The position numbers were made by a program, and so were the translations under genes. Of a stretch of 64,000 nt of DNA, positions 1 through 10,165 are shown in pieces. Source of the stretch: Spirochaetaceae bacterium (GTDB lineage: Bacteria > Spirochaetota > Spirochaetia > DSM-2461); assembly GCA_051531975.1 (NCBI GenBank), contig JAOPTT010000017.1, positions 32,001 to 96,000 on the forward strand, written 5' to 3'. How positions within the stretch are numbered: the first letter of the stretch is position 1; each line of letters starts with the position of its first letter. Below the pieces are notes generated by a model. The model was not told the DNA's origin. It saw only the letters and a program-made list of their open reading frames with translations, and ran no database searches.

Positions 1-551
1 AATCAATGGCAATTATGCATCAATACTCTTATCAAGCAATAATACTTATTGAACAAAAAATATCAAATAGACTACCTTATATGAATCTAATAAATGAGAT
101 AACTTTTAGCAGAGAGTACCTGCTTTCCACAGGTGAACTAAAATATCTAAAGGGTTATTTCAAAAATAGTATTGATCACATTATAATTAAGATTTCATCT
201 AATAATGAGTCTAAACATAACTCTATTGTATTGGATGCGATACAATATATAGAGACAAATTACACTGATAATTTCACTCTGGAAGAACTTGCCATACACC
301 TTAAAGTTTCATCCTTTCATTTATGTAAAGTTTTAAAAAAACAGACAGGAAAAAACTTCTCAGATATACTAAATGAGTGTAGATTAAACAAAGCTAAAGA
401 TCTATTAAAAGATGATAGAATTAGTATTAAAGAGGTTACATATAGTACTGGTTTTAACAGCCCACACTATTTTGCAAGAATATTTAAGAAGTATACCGGA
501 GTAACTCCAACGGAATTTAAAAACCAGTGCAAAATCAAGGTTCAGAAATAA
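1..551 (+). CDS. AraC-family transcriptional regulator (C-terminal part; probably starts upstream of the window)
   Basis: C-terminal double HTH with AraC signature 'SIKEVTYSTGFNSPHYFARIFKKYTGVTPTEF'; the frame is open to the window edge. Confidence 0.9.
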   Translation, partial: SMAIMHQYSYQAIILIEQKISNRLPYMNLINEITFSREYLLSTGELKYLKGYFKNSIDHIIIKISSNNESKHNSIVLDAIQYIETNYTDNFTLEELAIHLKVSSFHLCKVLKKQTGKNFSDILNECRLNKAKDLLKDDRISIKEVTYSTGFNSPHYFARIFKKYTGVTPTEFKNQCKIKVQK

Positions 552-586
552 CTATTGTATACTTCTTACTACCCCCTTAATATCAT

Positions 587-817
587 TTATATTATCTCCT
601 TATCTTCATAATAAAATACACCTTCTAGTGGAACATTAAAAACTTTAGATATTCTAAATGCAAGTTCCAAGGAAGGTGAATATTTTCCTTTTTCCATGGC
701 AACAACAGTCTGTCTTGAAACACCTGCTTTTTCTGCTAAATCTTTCTGGGTCATCTCATCCGTATTAAAACGCAGTTTACGGATGTTGTTATGTATCTGT
801 TCTTTCCCCATTTTCAT
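587..817 (-). CDS. XRE/Cro-C1 family HTH transcriptional regulator
   Basis: 'MTQKDLAEKAGVSRQTVVAMEKGKYSPSLELAFRIS' is a classic HTH_3; start overlaps the upstream gene's stop (ATGA). Confidence 0.92.
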   Translation of the reverse strand: MKMGKEQIHNNIRKLRFNTDEMTQKDLAEKAGVSRQTVVAMEKGKYSPSLELAFRISKVFNVPLEGVFYYEDKEII

Positions 818-1254
818 ACCCCTTTTCTATATAAAACAATCTTTGTAATATCAGATGAGATATCTGCGAGATTAAAAAACAGATACATAATGTTAATCAT
901 GATATATATTGGCCAAGCTATAACTAAAGAGACAATAGAAAACAGAAAACCGGCACCTACAATAATATAACCAATATTATTACCTTTACTGGAAATCAGC
1001 TTATCTCTTTCATCTTCTATATCTTCTATCTCTTCACCATTAGTAACGATTGCATTAATAATAAAAAAGATAATAAGGGTTAATATTTTAACACCTATCG
1101 CTATGGGTATAAAAATCAGTATAGTTTTCCCCCATAATTGCAGATCATGTTCCATTCCATTAAGAAAGAAACCTTTTACATACATACAATAAGCTGTATA
1201 GATAGCAATTGTACCAACAATATTAACAATAATTTTTTTTTCCTGAATAGACAT
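814..1254 (-). CDS. Four-TM membrane protein (DUF2178-like, 'DERD' motif) coupled to the XRE regulator
   Basis: Hydrophobic segments around 'EDERDKLI'; AGGAG RBS; common pairing with a small XRE. Confidence 0.65.
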   Translation of the reverse strand: MSIQEKKIIVNIVGTIAIYTAYCMYVKGFFLNGMEHDLQLWGKTILIFIPIAIGVKILTLIIFFIINAIVTNGEEIEDIEDERDKLISSKGNNIGYIIVGAGFLFSIVSLVIAWPIYIMINIMYLFFNLADISSDITKIVLYRKGV

Positions 1255-1266
1255 TTAATTCTCCTA

Positions 1267-1351
1267 ATGTAAATCAAACTTTACATTCAATGTAATCCCT
1301 AATCGACTATATGTCAAGTCTAGTTTACTAAATGTCATGTAATTATTACTA
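1267..1351. promoter_or_regulatory. Four tandem 20-bp imperfect palindromes overlapping a sigma70-like promoter on the minus strand (TTGACA-17-TACATT, 1317..1289)
   Basis: atgtaaatcaaactttacat (1267), atgtaatccctaatcgacta (1290), atgtcaagtctagtttacta (1311), atgtcatgtaattattacta (1332). Confidence 0.7.
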
Positions 1352-1426
1352 TTATTCAATTTCACCATTAAATTGATCTGTCTGAATTGCATTAATTATT
1401 TTCTGATATGTTGGTGCCATATAGTC

Positions 1427-2818
1427 CTATTTCATCCTGTTTAAACTTTGGAATACCTCTTTTAGATTTTTTTTCAAGGAGTCATATGAGTGGTATTTTT
1501 GGCCAATCTTAAAGTTTTCATCTAATAGTTTGTTTGTTTCTTTATCAAATAGACATTTTAATAACTTATCAGCAGTTTTACAAATTTGATCTAAACTCAA
1601 AGTTTTTATGTGCCTATAATCACTATTCTTTTCAAACTTATCGTTCATAGTAATATAGTTATATTCAAATGGTTTTATATCAGTTTTAAAGACTGGATAC
1701 TCATAACATATAATTGGTAGTCTAGCAAAAACAGCTTCTATAAACTGATTACCCCAGCCCTCATATGTACTTGGGTAGCTAACAACATCCACATGGGAAT
1801 AGCAGTCCCATAAACTATATTGCTTCTGTCCATCTTCATGACCTCTTTCAGCATGTATTATATCGCTTAAGAAGTGAATATAGGTTAATCCACTAGATAT
1901 AGATTTTAACTCCTCTAAATATTCAAGTCCGTCGTCTTCTGCATAACCTACAATTAAAAGATGAATTTTACTTTTATCTGAGATTTGTTTACCGTTGTAT
2001 AAATCCTTATCTATATAGTCTTTAAGCAAGTGGCTTTCATTCATATACTTAACAAGCTGAATTGTAAACTCGATGCTTTTTCTTGAGACAATCCGTGTCG
2101 CTTGTAAAATAGTTATATCATCAGATGATATACCTAAAGTGCTAAATGTTTCGACTAATCCACTATTATATTCATCTTTTTGCCATGGTTTCTGTGCAAA
2201 GTCAAATGTATCGGTAATTACTTGTGCCTTAAGTCCCCTTCTTTCCAGAAAAGTTCCCTGTGTCATAGTATTTATAACAGCATGTTTTATATATGGTGAA
2301 ACTGGAGGAACATAAGTATCAAGGTATTTTAATAGTTTAGGATGAGTTACGTTTGTATATACAGGTCGTTCAAAATAAAAATCATGATGCATACCCAGAG
2401 TTGGGATTTTATACTCTTGAATAATTTCATAGAAAGCTTTTGCTGCAGCAATATGCCGGCCGTGACTGAATATATTATGTAGAAAAAGAAAATCTGGCTT
2501 TTCAATTTCAATAATTTCCCTTAAAGACTCTTTTATGTGTGAACTAACCTGATTAAGCTCTTCTAACAGAGAAGGGATTACCTGTTCTTCTATATTCTGA
2601 TCAAAAAACCTATGTGTTAATGAGGCTATTTGAGGACTATCAAAATTAAGAGCCTCAATAATATGATCTGAGTTTTTGCTTTTAGGTCCTGAAACCAAAA
2701 ATGATTCAAATCCAAGTTCGTTAAGAATATCCATACGTTTTTCTATTTCAAAAGATACTCCATCGGTCATTCCAACTCTGTAGTGAGCGAGCATTACTTT
2801 TTGTCTGTTTTCATTCAT
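1427..2818 (-). CDS. GT4 glycosyltransferase, mannosylglucosylglycerate synthase (MggS)-like
   Basis: N-terminal 'HYRVGMTDGVSFE', 'HHDFYFER' and GT4 E-x7-E motif 'YPSTYEGWGNQFIEA'; paralog of 5689..7020. Confidence 0.8.
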   Translation of the reverse strand: MNENRQKVMLAHYRVGMTDGVSFEIEKRMDILNELGFESFLVSGPKSKNSDHIIEALNFDSPQIASLTHRFFDQNIEEQVIPSLLEELNQVSSHIKESLREIIEIEKPDFLFLHNIFSHGRHIAAAKAFYEIIQEYKIPTLGMHHDFYFERPVYTNVTHPKLLKYLDTYVPPVSPYIKHAVINTMTQGTFLERRGLKAQVITDTFDFAQKPWQKDEYNSGLVETFSTLGISSDDITILQATRIVSRKSIEFTIQLVKYMNESHLLKDYIDKDLYNGKQISDKSKIHLLIVGYAEDDGLEYLEELKSISSGLTYIHFLSDIIHAERGHEDGQKQYSLWDCYSHVDVVSYPSTYEGWGNQFIEAVFARLPIICYEYPVFKTDIKPFEYNYITMNDKFEKNSDYRHIKTLSLDQICKTADKLLKCLFDKETNKLLDENFKIGQKYHSYDSLKKNLKEVFQSLNRMK

Positions 2819-2862
2819 AATTGACCTCTATAATTAAAATTTTGTTATTCTATATTCTTATA

Positions 2863-4545
2863 TTATTTCCTTATCCATAAGATCTGATATGGTTTAACAT
2901 TTATGTTCATATCTACTTCTTTTGTTGAAATCAAATCATAACCAGTAAACGGTAGTAATGCTTCTACTATCTCGTTTGAAATATTTATAACAACTAATAT
3001 TTTTTCGTCTTTATCTACATCATGACGGATAATTGTAAAAAGTTTACTGTGTATAAACAGTGATATTTGAACACTTGTTGGAGAAAATGCGCTAGATGTT
3101 TTTCTAATATTTATTAAATCTAGATATGGGTAGAAAATTCTTTGTCTGAGGGAATTATCCTTTAACTCATTTTTTAACAGATCAAGGTTTAATTTTTCTC
3201 TATTTATTCTTCTATTAATACCTGATTCTGCAACACCCTTATCATAATTCCTAGAACCTAATAAACTATGAATGTAAATTCCAGGCACTCCTGCAACAGA
3301 GAGTAAGATACCTTGAGATGCTAAAAATATTTTAGCTCTCATTTCATCAGAGTCTTCTAAATCTGTTAAAGCATCTACAAAAGTAATATTTAATTCATAA
3401 GGTTCTTTTGACCCATCACTGAGTGTTCTATAATTAACCTTTCCTCCTCGGCTACGAACTGTATCTACAATTTTATTCTTTTCAAATTGTGATAGTATGC
3501 CTTGGACAGGGCGCAACCCTATTCCATCATGTGAGGCTAAAAAGTTAAAATAAGTTGTAGTATCTGTGGTACTTTTTAGCGAATCTATCCACCCTAGAAT
3601 TTTTGTTGAATTACCTTCTATAAAAGTATGTAAAGTTAGTGGAGGCAGTGGAAATTGATATACCATCTGTGCTTCATCGTAACCATTTCCAAAATAACTA
3701 ATATTCTCTATATGTGGTACATTTGTTTCTGTAATCAGAATTGTTCCTGGTACTATTTCATCTAATACTATTCTTATGATTTTAATGATTTCATGTGTTT
3801 CATCTAGATGTAAACATGTACTGTTTAATTCTTTCCAAAGAAATCCAATAGCATCTAAGCGGATATATCTCGCACCATTTATTGCATATTTTATTAATAT
3901 TTCGATTATTTCTAAAATTAGATTTTTTGATCTGAAATTCAAATCTATCTGATCTCTACTAAAAGTTGTCCAGATTGATCTTTCACCTCTACTTGTTTCA
4001 TATTTTGATAACAGTGGAAGTGCTCTTGGACGAACCACGGTCGAATAATCAAGTTTTGGATCCGCCTCTATAAAATAATCAAGATACTTCTGCTCTCCAT
4101 TCAAATATCCTTTAAACCATTCACTCTCTGATGAAATATGGTTAATTACGGCATCAAACATTAAGTCATAGTTTTCTGAAATACTTTTTATATCTTTCCA
4201 GTCTCCCAGCTTTTTATCTACTTTTAAATAATCCACTACTGAAAATCCGTCATCAGAAGTAAATGGATAAAATGGTAATAGATGTATGGCATTCAGTGCA
4301 TTTTGACCGTTCTCATCAAAAAACTTCTTTAGAGTTTGTAGTGGTGTTTCTCCATCTCTAATTATAGAATCACCATAAGTAATCAGCATAACATCGTTTT
4401 CATTGACCCATTCTTTATGCTCTGTTTTATAATTTGAGTATTTTTTTTCTAATTGACCTATTCCATCTATAATATCTGTCGCGTATCTTTTATTTATATA
4501 TCTAACTTTTTCTAATAATTTTATATTTTTAGTTAACTTATTCAT
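2863..4545 (-). CDS. GH13_18 sugar phosphorylase, probably glucosylglycerate phosphorylase (YcjM-like)
   Basis: 'LITYGDS', 'SDDGFSV', 'RLDAIGFLWK' (nucleophile), 'ITETNVP' (acid/base plus Asn), 'SHDGIG', 'PYELNIT'; the ETN and YELN residues are those associated with glucosylglycerate specificity; start placed at the Met after a GGAGA RBS. Confidence 0.85.
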   Translation of the reverse strand: MNKLTKNIKLLEKVRYINKRYATDIIDGIGQLEKKYSNYKTEHKEWVNENDVMLITYGDSIIRDGETPLQTLKKFFDENGQNALNAIHLLPFYPFTSDDGFSVVDYLKVDKKLGDWKDIKSISENYDLMFDAVINHISSESEWFKGYLNGEQKYLDYFIEADPKLDYSTVVRPRALPLLSKYETSRGERSIWTTFSRDQIDLNFRSKNLILEIIEILIKYAINGARYIRLDAIGFLWKELNSTCLHLDETHEIIKIIRIVLDEIVPGTILITETNVPHIENISYFGNGYDEAQMVYQFPLPPLTLHTFIEGNSTKILGWIDSLKSTTDTTTYFNFLASHDGIGLRPVQGILSQFEKNKIVDTVRSRGGKVNYRTLSDGSKEPYELNITFVDALTDLEDSDEMRAKIFLASQGILLSVAGVPGIYIHSLLGSRNYDKGVAESGINRRINREKLNLDLLKNELKDNSLRQRIFYPYLDLINIRKTSSAFSPTSVQISLFIHSKLFTIIRHDVDKDEKILVVINISNEIVEALLPFTGYDLISTKEVDMNINVKPYQILWIRK

Positions 4546-4610
4546 TTTGTCTCCCAACAATAGTAATTGTAAGCTTTACCAACTTAACATGTAACAAATA
4601 AAACCTTTAA

Positions 4611-4626
4611 TGGCTTACGTTGTCAT
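4611..4626. promoter_or_regulatory. Putative LacI-family operator (copy 1) upstream of the phosphorylase
   Basis: tggcttacgttgtcat; shares CGTTGTCAT with the sites at 12477 and 12544. Confidence 0.6.
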
Positions 4627-4665
4627 TTTAATTCAATATCAAAATATTATTCGATATTTATATAC

Positions 4666-5667
4666 TTAAGTAGAAGCTCTCTCAATAATCTGAGGTTCTA
4701 TTAGAATGTGCTTCTCTGGTATTGAGTTTTCAGTTAAAAGGTCCACCAACATATGTAAAGTTTTTTGACCTAATATGGTTGTAAATTGGTCAATAGTTGA
4801 TAATGCCGGATGAATAAATTCCGATAGATAAATATTATCTACTCCCAAAACAGCAACATCTTCAGGGATTTTAAGATTTCGTTCTAAAATAGCTTTATAA
4901 ACGCCTAAGGCTCTCTCATCTCCAGATACAAAAAAAGCATCTAGTTTTTTCTGATCTAACAATTCTCCAGCTTTTTGATAAGACTTTTCTATACTATCTA
5001 TTTCAAAATAGACTTCACTTTTTATAGAACAGTTTGAAACAGAGTCTTTAAATCCTCTAACCCTTTCTTGATTAACAATAAATTCTTCAGCACCAACAAA
5101 CTGAATGATAGACTTAAAATTTTTCTTTACTAAATATTCTCCACCAATAAAACCAACTTTATAGTTATCCATATCAATGTAATAACTATTATCTAACTTA
5201 TCTTCCTTACCAACGATGACATAGGGAATCCCATTTTCAGATAGATACTTTATACGAACATCATTTTCTTTATTATCAAATATAATGGCACCATCGGCCA
5301 ACCCACTTTTAAGTAGATAAAAACCATCGGTTTCGTCACCTATTACACCATATGCGGAAGATGGTGATATAACAATTTTATACCCTGTTTTTTTTGATTC
5401 GTTAATAATAACGTTGATGATTGTATTGTGCCAAATATTCCAATAGTTTCCACCGTGTTTATCAAAAAACACGATAATTGTTTTGGTTTTTCTACCCCTA
5501 AGTCCCTGAGCGGCAACGTTTACCATATATCCTTCACGTTCAATTACATCCATAACTTTTTTTTTCGTTACATCACTAACATTAGGACTTTTATTAATTA
5601 CTCTAGAAACCGTCTTTAATGAAACATTAGAAAGCCGGGCTATATCAGACATCATCACCTTTTTCAT
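4666..5667 (-). CDS. LacI-family transcriptional regulator
   Basis: 'MSDIARLSNVSLKTVSRVIN' HTH; C-terminal 'IPEDVAVLGVDN...PALSTIDQ...IERAST'. Confidence 0.95.
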   Translation of the reverse strand: MKKVMMSDIARLSNVSLKTVSRVINKSPNVSDVTKKKVMDVIEREGYMVNVAAQGLRGRKTKTIIVFFDKHGGNYWNIWHNTIINVIINESKKTGYKIVISPSSAYGVIGDETDGFYLLKSGLADGAIIFDNKENDVRIKYLSENGIPYVIVGKEDKLDNSYYIDMDNYKVGFIGGEYLVKKNFKSIIQFVGAEEFIVNQERVRGFKDSVSNCSIKSEVYFEIDSIEKSYQKAGELLDQKKLDAFFVSGDERALGVYKAILERNLKIPEDVAVLGVDNIYLSEFIHPALSTIDQFTTILGQKTLHMLVDLLTENSIPEKHILIEPQIIERAST

Positions 5668-5688
5668 ATACGAGTCATACTATAGTTA

Positions 5689-7020
5689 TTAAAATAAATG
5701 TTCAAGAATTCGTTGTAAACTATCATAAGAAAACTCCCTACTTGCTATTTCATAGTTCTTAGAACTGTTATCAGTTCTTAATTTATTATCTACTAATAAA
5801 AACTCCATCTCTTTTGCTGCTTTAACTATTATATTTTGATCTATTTGGACTAGTTGTTCTTTTGTATAACTATAAGTATCACCAAGAGAAACAACATTAA
5901 AATTATGCCGCCTGATATCTGATTTATAAACAGGATATTCAAAAACTAATATCGGTTTTTTAGCAAAAACTCCTTCTAAGAACTGGTTACCCCACCCTTC
6001 TAGTATGCTTGGATAGGTAATAAAATCGGCATGTACATAAACATCCCATAAACTATATTGTTTTGTATTATTAATAGTGCATCTAGAATGTTTTATTACC
6101 TCATTACAAAAAACCAGTTCCAAACCGTTATTTTTTGCTTTTTTAATTAATTTTTCTGTATATTCATTTTCTGATTCAGTTAAACCAGCTAAAACTAATA
6201 CAACTTTATTTCTAGAAGTAAATTTTCTACCATCATACAGTGTCAAAGTTGAATTTTTTAAATTATTATTCAACCCAGATGCAACATCTACTGCAACCTC
6301 AATAGCCTTTCTTTCAGTTATTCTTGTTGCCTGAAGCAGTAGTATATCATTTTTATCGATACCAATTGACCTTCGAAAGTCTTCGTTATATTCATCCTTA
6401 ATCCATGGATCAGCACTAAAATCAAATACGTTTGGAACAACAGCAGCATCAATATCTTTTCTTTTTTTTATCTCTTCTTTTGCAATATTATTTATTACAC
6501 AATGTTTAATAAAAGGTGCCTTAGGAGGAAAATATCTGTTTAATAGATCTTTAATTCCAGAACATGTGGGATTTGAATATTTCTCGCGTTCCCAATAAAA
6601 ATCATGATGATGTACTATGCACATGGTTCTTGTTAACATTATTGCATTAGAGAAACCAATACCAGCTGATAAGCCCCACCCTAAAGACCAGATATTATTT
6701 GGAACTACAATATCGATGTTATTATCTCTAATAAAACCAATTAGTTTTTTTTCAATTTTTGATGCAAGATCGTTAATTTCTTTCATTAATTGGGATTCAG
6801 TATAATCTTTAAGTTCTACATAGGCATTTTCTACTATTTTATCATTTATAGGGTGAGCATAATGAAGTTCTTCAATTATATATGCCTGGGATGTTCCCTG
6901 ACTTCCTGCAAGAAAAAAAACGTTATGACCTAATCTCTCTAAAATTAACTTCCATTTATCCATCTCTAGTGAAACTCCATCGGTTTCACCAACACGGAAA
7001 TGGCAAAGTGCTATATTCAT
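5689..7020 (-). CDS. GT4 glycosyltransferase, MggS-like (second paralog)
   Basis: 'HFRVGETDGVSLEMDKW', 'HHHDFYWER', 'YPSILEGWGNQFLEG'. Confidence 0.82.
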   Translation of the reverse strand: MNIALCHFRVGETDGVSLEMDKWKLILERLGHNVFFLAGSQGTSQAYIIEELHYAHPINDKIVENAYVELKDYTESQLMKEINDLASKIEKKLIGFIRDNNIDIVVPNNIWSLGWGLSAGIGFSNAIMLTRTMCIVHHHDFYWEREKYSNPTCSGIKDLLNRYFPPKAPFIKHCVINNIAKEEIKKRKDIDAAVVPNVFDFSADPWIKDEYNEDFRRSIGIDKNDILLLQATRITERKAIEVAVDVASGLNNNLKNSTLTLYDGRKFTSRNKVVLVLAGLTESENEYTEKLIKKAKNNGLELVFCNEVIKHSRCTINNTKQYSLWDVYVHADFITYPSILEGWGNQFLEGVFAKKPILVFEYPVYKSDIRRHNFNVVSLGDTYSYTKEQLVQIDQNIIVKAAKEMEFLLVDNKLRTDNSSKNYEIASREFSYDSLQRILEHLF

Positions 7021-7059
7021 AATACTACCTCCAACCCCTTATAAGATGACAATTAGCTA

Positions 7060-7959
7060 TTAAGAAAAAATAATATCTTTTTTATTTATCTCTGCAGCAG
7101 AGATAACAGTATCTGCACCACAGTAGTAGACCAGTATTTTATTTTCGATCTCCACCTGCCCACATGAAAAAACAACATTTGGAACGTGACCCTCTTTTTC
7201 CCACTTAAGTTCAGGTTCAAGTATAGGTTCAACTTGTCTTGATATAACCTTAGACGGATCTTTAAGGTCCAGTAGAGCTATACCTTGGGTATAAACATGG
7301 TCTTTATTTACACCGTGATATATAAGAACCCAACCCTCTTTTGTTTTTATTGGTGGACCACTAATTCCAATCTTTAAATTTTCCCAATTTGAGGTAGGTA
7401 CAGGTTCCATGACCCTAGTATGATCTGTCCAATTCTTCAGGTCATCTGAATATGCAATCCATATATCTGGGCTTCTTCGATGGAACATACAGAATCTGCC
7501 GTCAATTTTTTCCGGAAAGAGTGATGCATCCTTGTTTGGTTCATCTAATACAATACCATGACGTTTCCATGTTTTAAGATCTTTTGAAGATGTTAGACAT
7601 ATCCTATAATCCCCGGGAGTTTTCCCACGGTATCCTGTATACATCATGTAAAATGTATCATCAATTTTTACAATCCGTGGGTCCTCAAGTCCCCTAAGTT
7701 CTTGCTCCCCTTCGTTGGTTAATAGTGGTGTATTATTTCTTTCAAAGTGAATTCCATCATCACTCACAGCATATCCTAACCTACTAATAAAAGGGCCATC
7801 TTTCCCACTAGAGGCAATGTCTGTGGCTCTATAAATCATGTGAACCTTGTTATTGTCATAGATTGCCGCACAGTTGAATACAGCTGACGCTTCCCAAGGA
7901 TTATTTTTTACAGGGGACATCAGTGGTGTTTTGGAAATTCTTTTCAGTTTCATCGGCAT
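7060..7959 (-). CDS. GH130 beta-mannoside phosphorylase, resembling beta-1,2-mannobiose/oligomannan phosphorylases
   Basis: 'AVFNCAA', 'YRA', 'EDPRIV', 'NKDASLFPEKI', 'HRR', 'YHGV', 'VPNVVFSCG' five-bladed propeller motifs. Confidence 0.85.
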   Translation of the reverse strand: MPMKLKRISKTPLMSPVKNNPWEASAVFNCAAIYDNNKVHMIYRATDIASSGKDGPFISRLGYAVSDDGIHFERNNTPLLTNEGEQELRGLEDPRIVKIDDTFYMMYTGYRGKTPGDYRICLTSSKDLKTWKRHGIVLDEPNKDASLFPEKIDGRFCMFHRRSPDIWIAYSDDLKNWTDHTRVMEPVPTSNWENLKIGISGPPIKTKEGWVLIYHGVNKDHVYTQGIALLDLKDPSKVISRQVEPILEPELKWEKEGHVPNVVFSCGQVEIENKILVYYCGADTVISAAEINKKDIIFS

Positions 7960-7960
7960 A

Positions 7961-9070
7961 TTAATTTCCATTCTCACTTTTTAGAGCAATTCTATTCTCA
8001 GTTTCTGAATCAAAAAAGTGTATTCTTTTTATATTAAATCCAAGTCCTATTTTATCCCCTGGTTTTACTTTAGTTTCAGCAGAGACTATCATTTTTACTA
8101 TAGTTTCACTTAAATTTAAGGCAACAACCTGATGGGAACCCTGAGGTTCTACTACTAGAACTTGTTCACTAAATACAGCCTTATTATCCTGGGCAATAAG
8201 AAGATCTTCGGGTCTAACACCAAGAACAATCTCTTTTCCATTATATACTTTTAATTCCGTGAAATTCTCGGAGTTTAGTTCAAGTGTGAAATGAGAATGT
8301 TTTAGATATATTGTATCTCGATCAAAATTACATGTTACATTAAAGAAATTTGATGGAGGAGTTCCAATAAAACCTGCAACAAACATATTTGCACTTCTAA
8401 AATAAACATCATCAGGGGTACCAATTTGCACAATTATACCGTCTTTCATTATTACAATCCGGTCAGCCATACTCATTGCTTCCGACTGGTCATGGGTAAC
8501 AAAAATAGAGGTAGCTTCTGTTTGTTGATGAATCGCTTTTAATTCTGTACGCATAGTAACACGAAGTTTTGCATCTAGGTTTGACAATGGTTCATCCATA
8601 AGAAACAATTTTGGTTTTACTGCAAGAGCTCTTGCTAGTGCAACTCGCTGCTGCTGTCCTCCTGAAATATGGGAAGGAAGTCGTTCTAATAGTTCCCCTA
8701 TTTTAACCATGTCAGCTGTTTCCTGAACACGTTTCTGAATCATGTCTTTAGGCATTTTTTTTAATTTTAATGAAAAAGCAATATTATCATATACTGTCAT
8801 ATGAGGCCAGATTGCATAGTTTTGAAATACCATACTTATTCCTCTTTCTCTAGGAGGAATATCTGTTATATCTTTTCCATCGAGTAAAATGGTTCCTTTT
8901 GTCACTTCTTCAAGACCGGCAATCATTCTCATGGTTGTTGTTTTTCCACAACCTGAGGGACCAAGGAGAACGATAAATTCTTGGTCATTTACCTTTAGAT
9001 CCATCTTTTTTACTCCCCAAACTTTCTTTGTGAAGCGTTTCGCAATATTATTTAATTCCAGTGTTGCCAT
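7961..9070 (-). CDS. Sugar ABC transporter ATP-binding protein (MalK/UgpC type)
   Basis: Walker A GPSGCGKT, 'ISGGQQQRVA', 'MDEPLSNLDAKLR', C-terminal TOBE-like domain. Confidence 0.95.
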   Translation of the reverse strand: MATLELNNIAKRFTKKVWGVKKMDLKVNDQEFIVLLGPSGCGKTTTMRMIAGLEEVTKGTILLDGKDITDIPPRERGISMVFQNYAIWPHMTVYDNIAFSLKLKKMPKDMIQKRVQETADMVKIGELLERLPSHISGGQQQRVALARALAVKPKLFLMDEPLSNLDAKLRVTMRTELKAIHQQTEATSIFVTHDQSEAMSMADRIVIMKDGIIVQIGTPDDVYFRSANMFVAGFIGTPPSNFFNVTCNFDRDTIYLKHSHFTLELNSENFTELKVYNGKEIVLGVRPEDLLIAQDNKAVFSEQVLVVEPQGSHQVVALNLSETIVKMIVSAETKVKPGDKIGLGFNIKRIHFFDSETENRIALKSENGN

Positions 9071-9082
9071 TTTTATCTCCTA

Positions 9083-10165
9083 TCAAACCTTTACTCCACC
9101 CCACATCTGGATGATGTATTTTCTTATTATCAGTGTAAATACAATTGCTGGTACAGCCTGAGCAACGCTTCCTGCTGTAATCAGATTAATCTGTCCCTGA
9201 GATCCTACAAGTGCTTTATAAACAACAACTGGAAATGTTGGATTGAACTGGGTTAAAACAACTGCAGCAATTACTTCATTCCATGACCCTATAAATGAGT
9301 ACATAGCACACGCAGCTAGGCCTGGTAAGGCAAGAGGTAGAGTTACATGCCAGAAAGCTCCTACCTTTGATGTTCCAAAAATCATTGCAGCTTCCTCTAA
9401 TGAAACAGGGATAGCCATGAATACACTAGCTGTTATCCAGATACTCATAGATATCTGACCAACAGAGTAAACTAAAGAGAGCCCAAGAGGTTGATCATAC
9501 AACCCCATCTTCGCCAGGATAATAACCATAGGGATGGCTAGTGAAACTGCCGGGAACATTCTAACAAACAGGACACTTAGTTTAAGAATACTCTTTCCTT
9601 TAAAGAAATACCTGGCAAAGGCGTAACCTCCCATGCCTCCTATAGTAAGGGATATAAGAATTGTTGCCCCCGCAACCATCAGGCTGTTTAGTACAGCTTG
9701 TGGAGCATGGTTAACTACTTTAAAAAACAGTATATAATTAGCGAGAAGATCCTTTTTTAAAGAAAATTCCACCCTAGATTCACTATCGACAACCTCAAGA
9801 TATTCAACAATTCTCTGGCTGGATATATTACAGTTTGACTGTCTTTTAATAAATTTTCGAAGTTTATCAACATCATCTTCACTGTTATTAAATACAAGAG
9901 GACCAAAGGCCATAAATGCATCTTCAGATTTATTAAATATAAATAGATGGTAACCCTCTGTATCTTTATCAATCATAAAATTGGCTTTGAAAGATGGTAC
10001 CAGAGGTTTTGGCCATTCGGAATATGTTTCATAGTCTGACATAAATGAAAAAGAAAAAAGAAAAAATACAGGAAAAATAATTATAAATGCTATTCCTACT
10101 AGCACTATATATAAAGAAGTTCGTTTTGCAGATCTTCTTATTTGTCGTTTTAAAACATTATTCAT
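9083..10165 (-). CDS. Carbohydrate ABC permease (MalG type) with a large N-proximal soluble insertion
   Basis: EAA loop 'SLEEAAMIFGTS'; about 110 hydrophilic residues after TM1; start reassigned to the Met overlapping the upstream stop. Confidence 0.9.
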   Translation of the reverse strand: MNNVLKRQIRRSAKRTSLYIVLVGIAFIIIFPVFFLFSFSFMSDYETYSEWPKPLVPSFKANFMIDKDTEGYHLFIFNKSEDAFMAFGPLVFNNSEDDVDKLRKFIKRQSNCNISSQRIVEYLEVVDSESRVEFSLKKDLLANYILFFKVVNHAPQAVLNSLMVAGATILISLTIGGMGGYAFARYFFKGKSILKLSVLFVRMFPAVSLAIPMVIILAKMGLYDQPLGLSLVYSVGQISMSIWITASVFMAIPVSLEEAAMIFGTSKVGAFWHVTLPLALPGLAACAMYSFIGSWNEVIAAVVLTQFNPTFPVVVYKALVGSQGQINLITAGSVAQAVPAIVFTLIIRKYIIQMWGGVKV

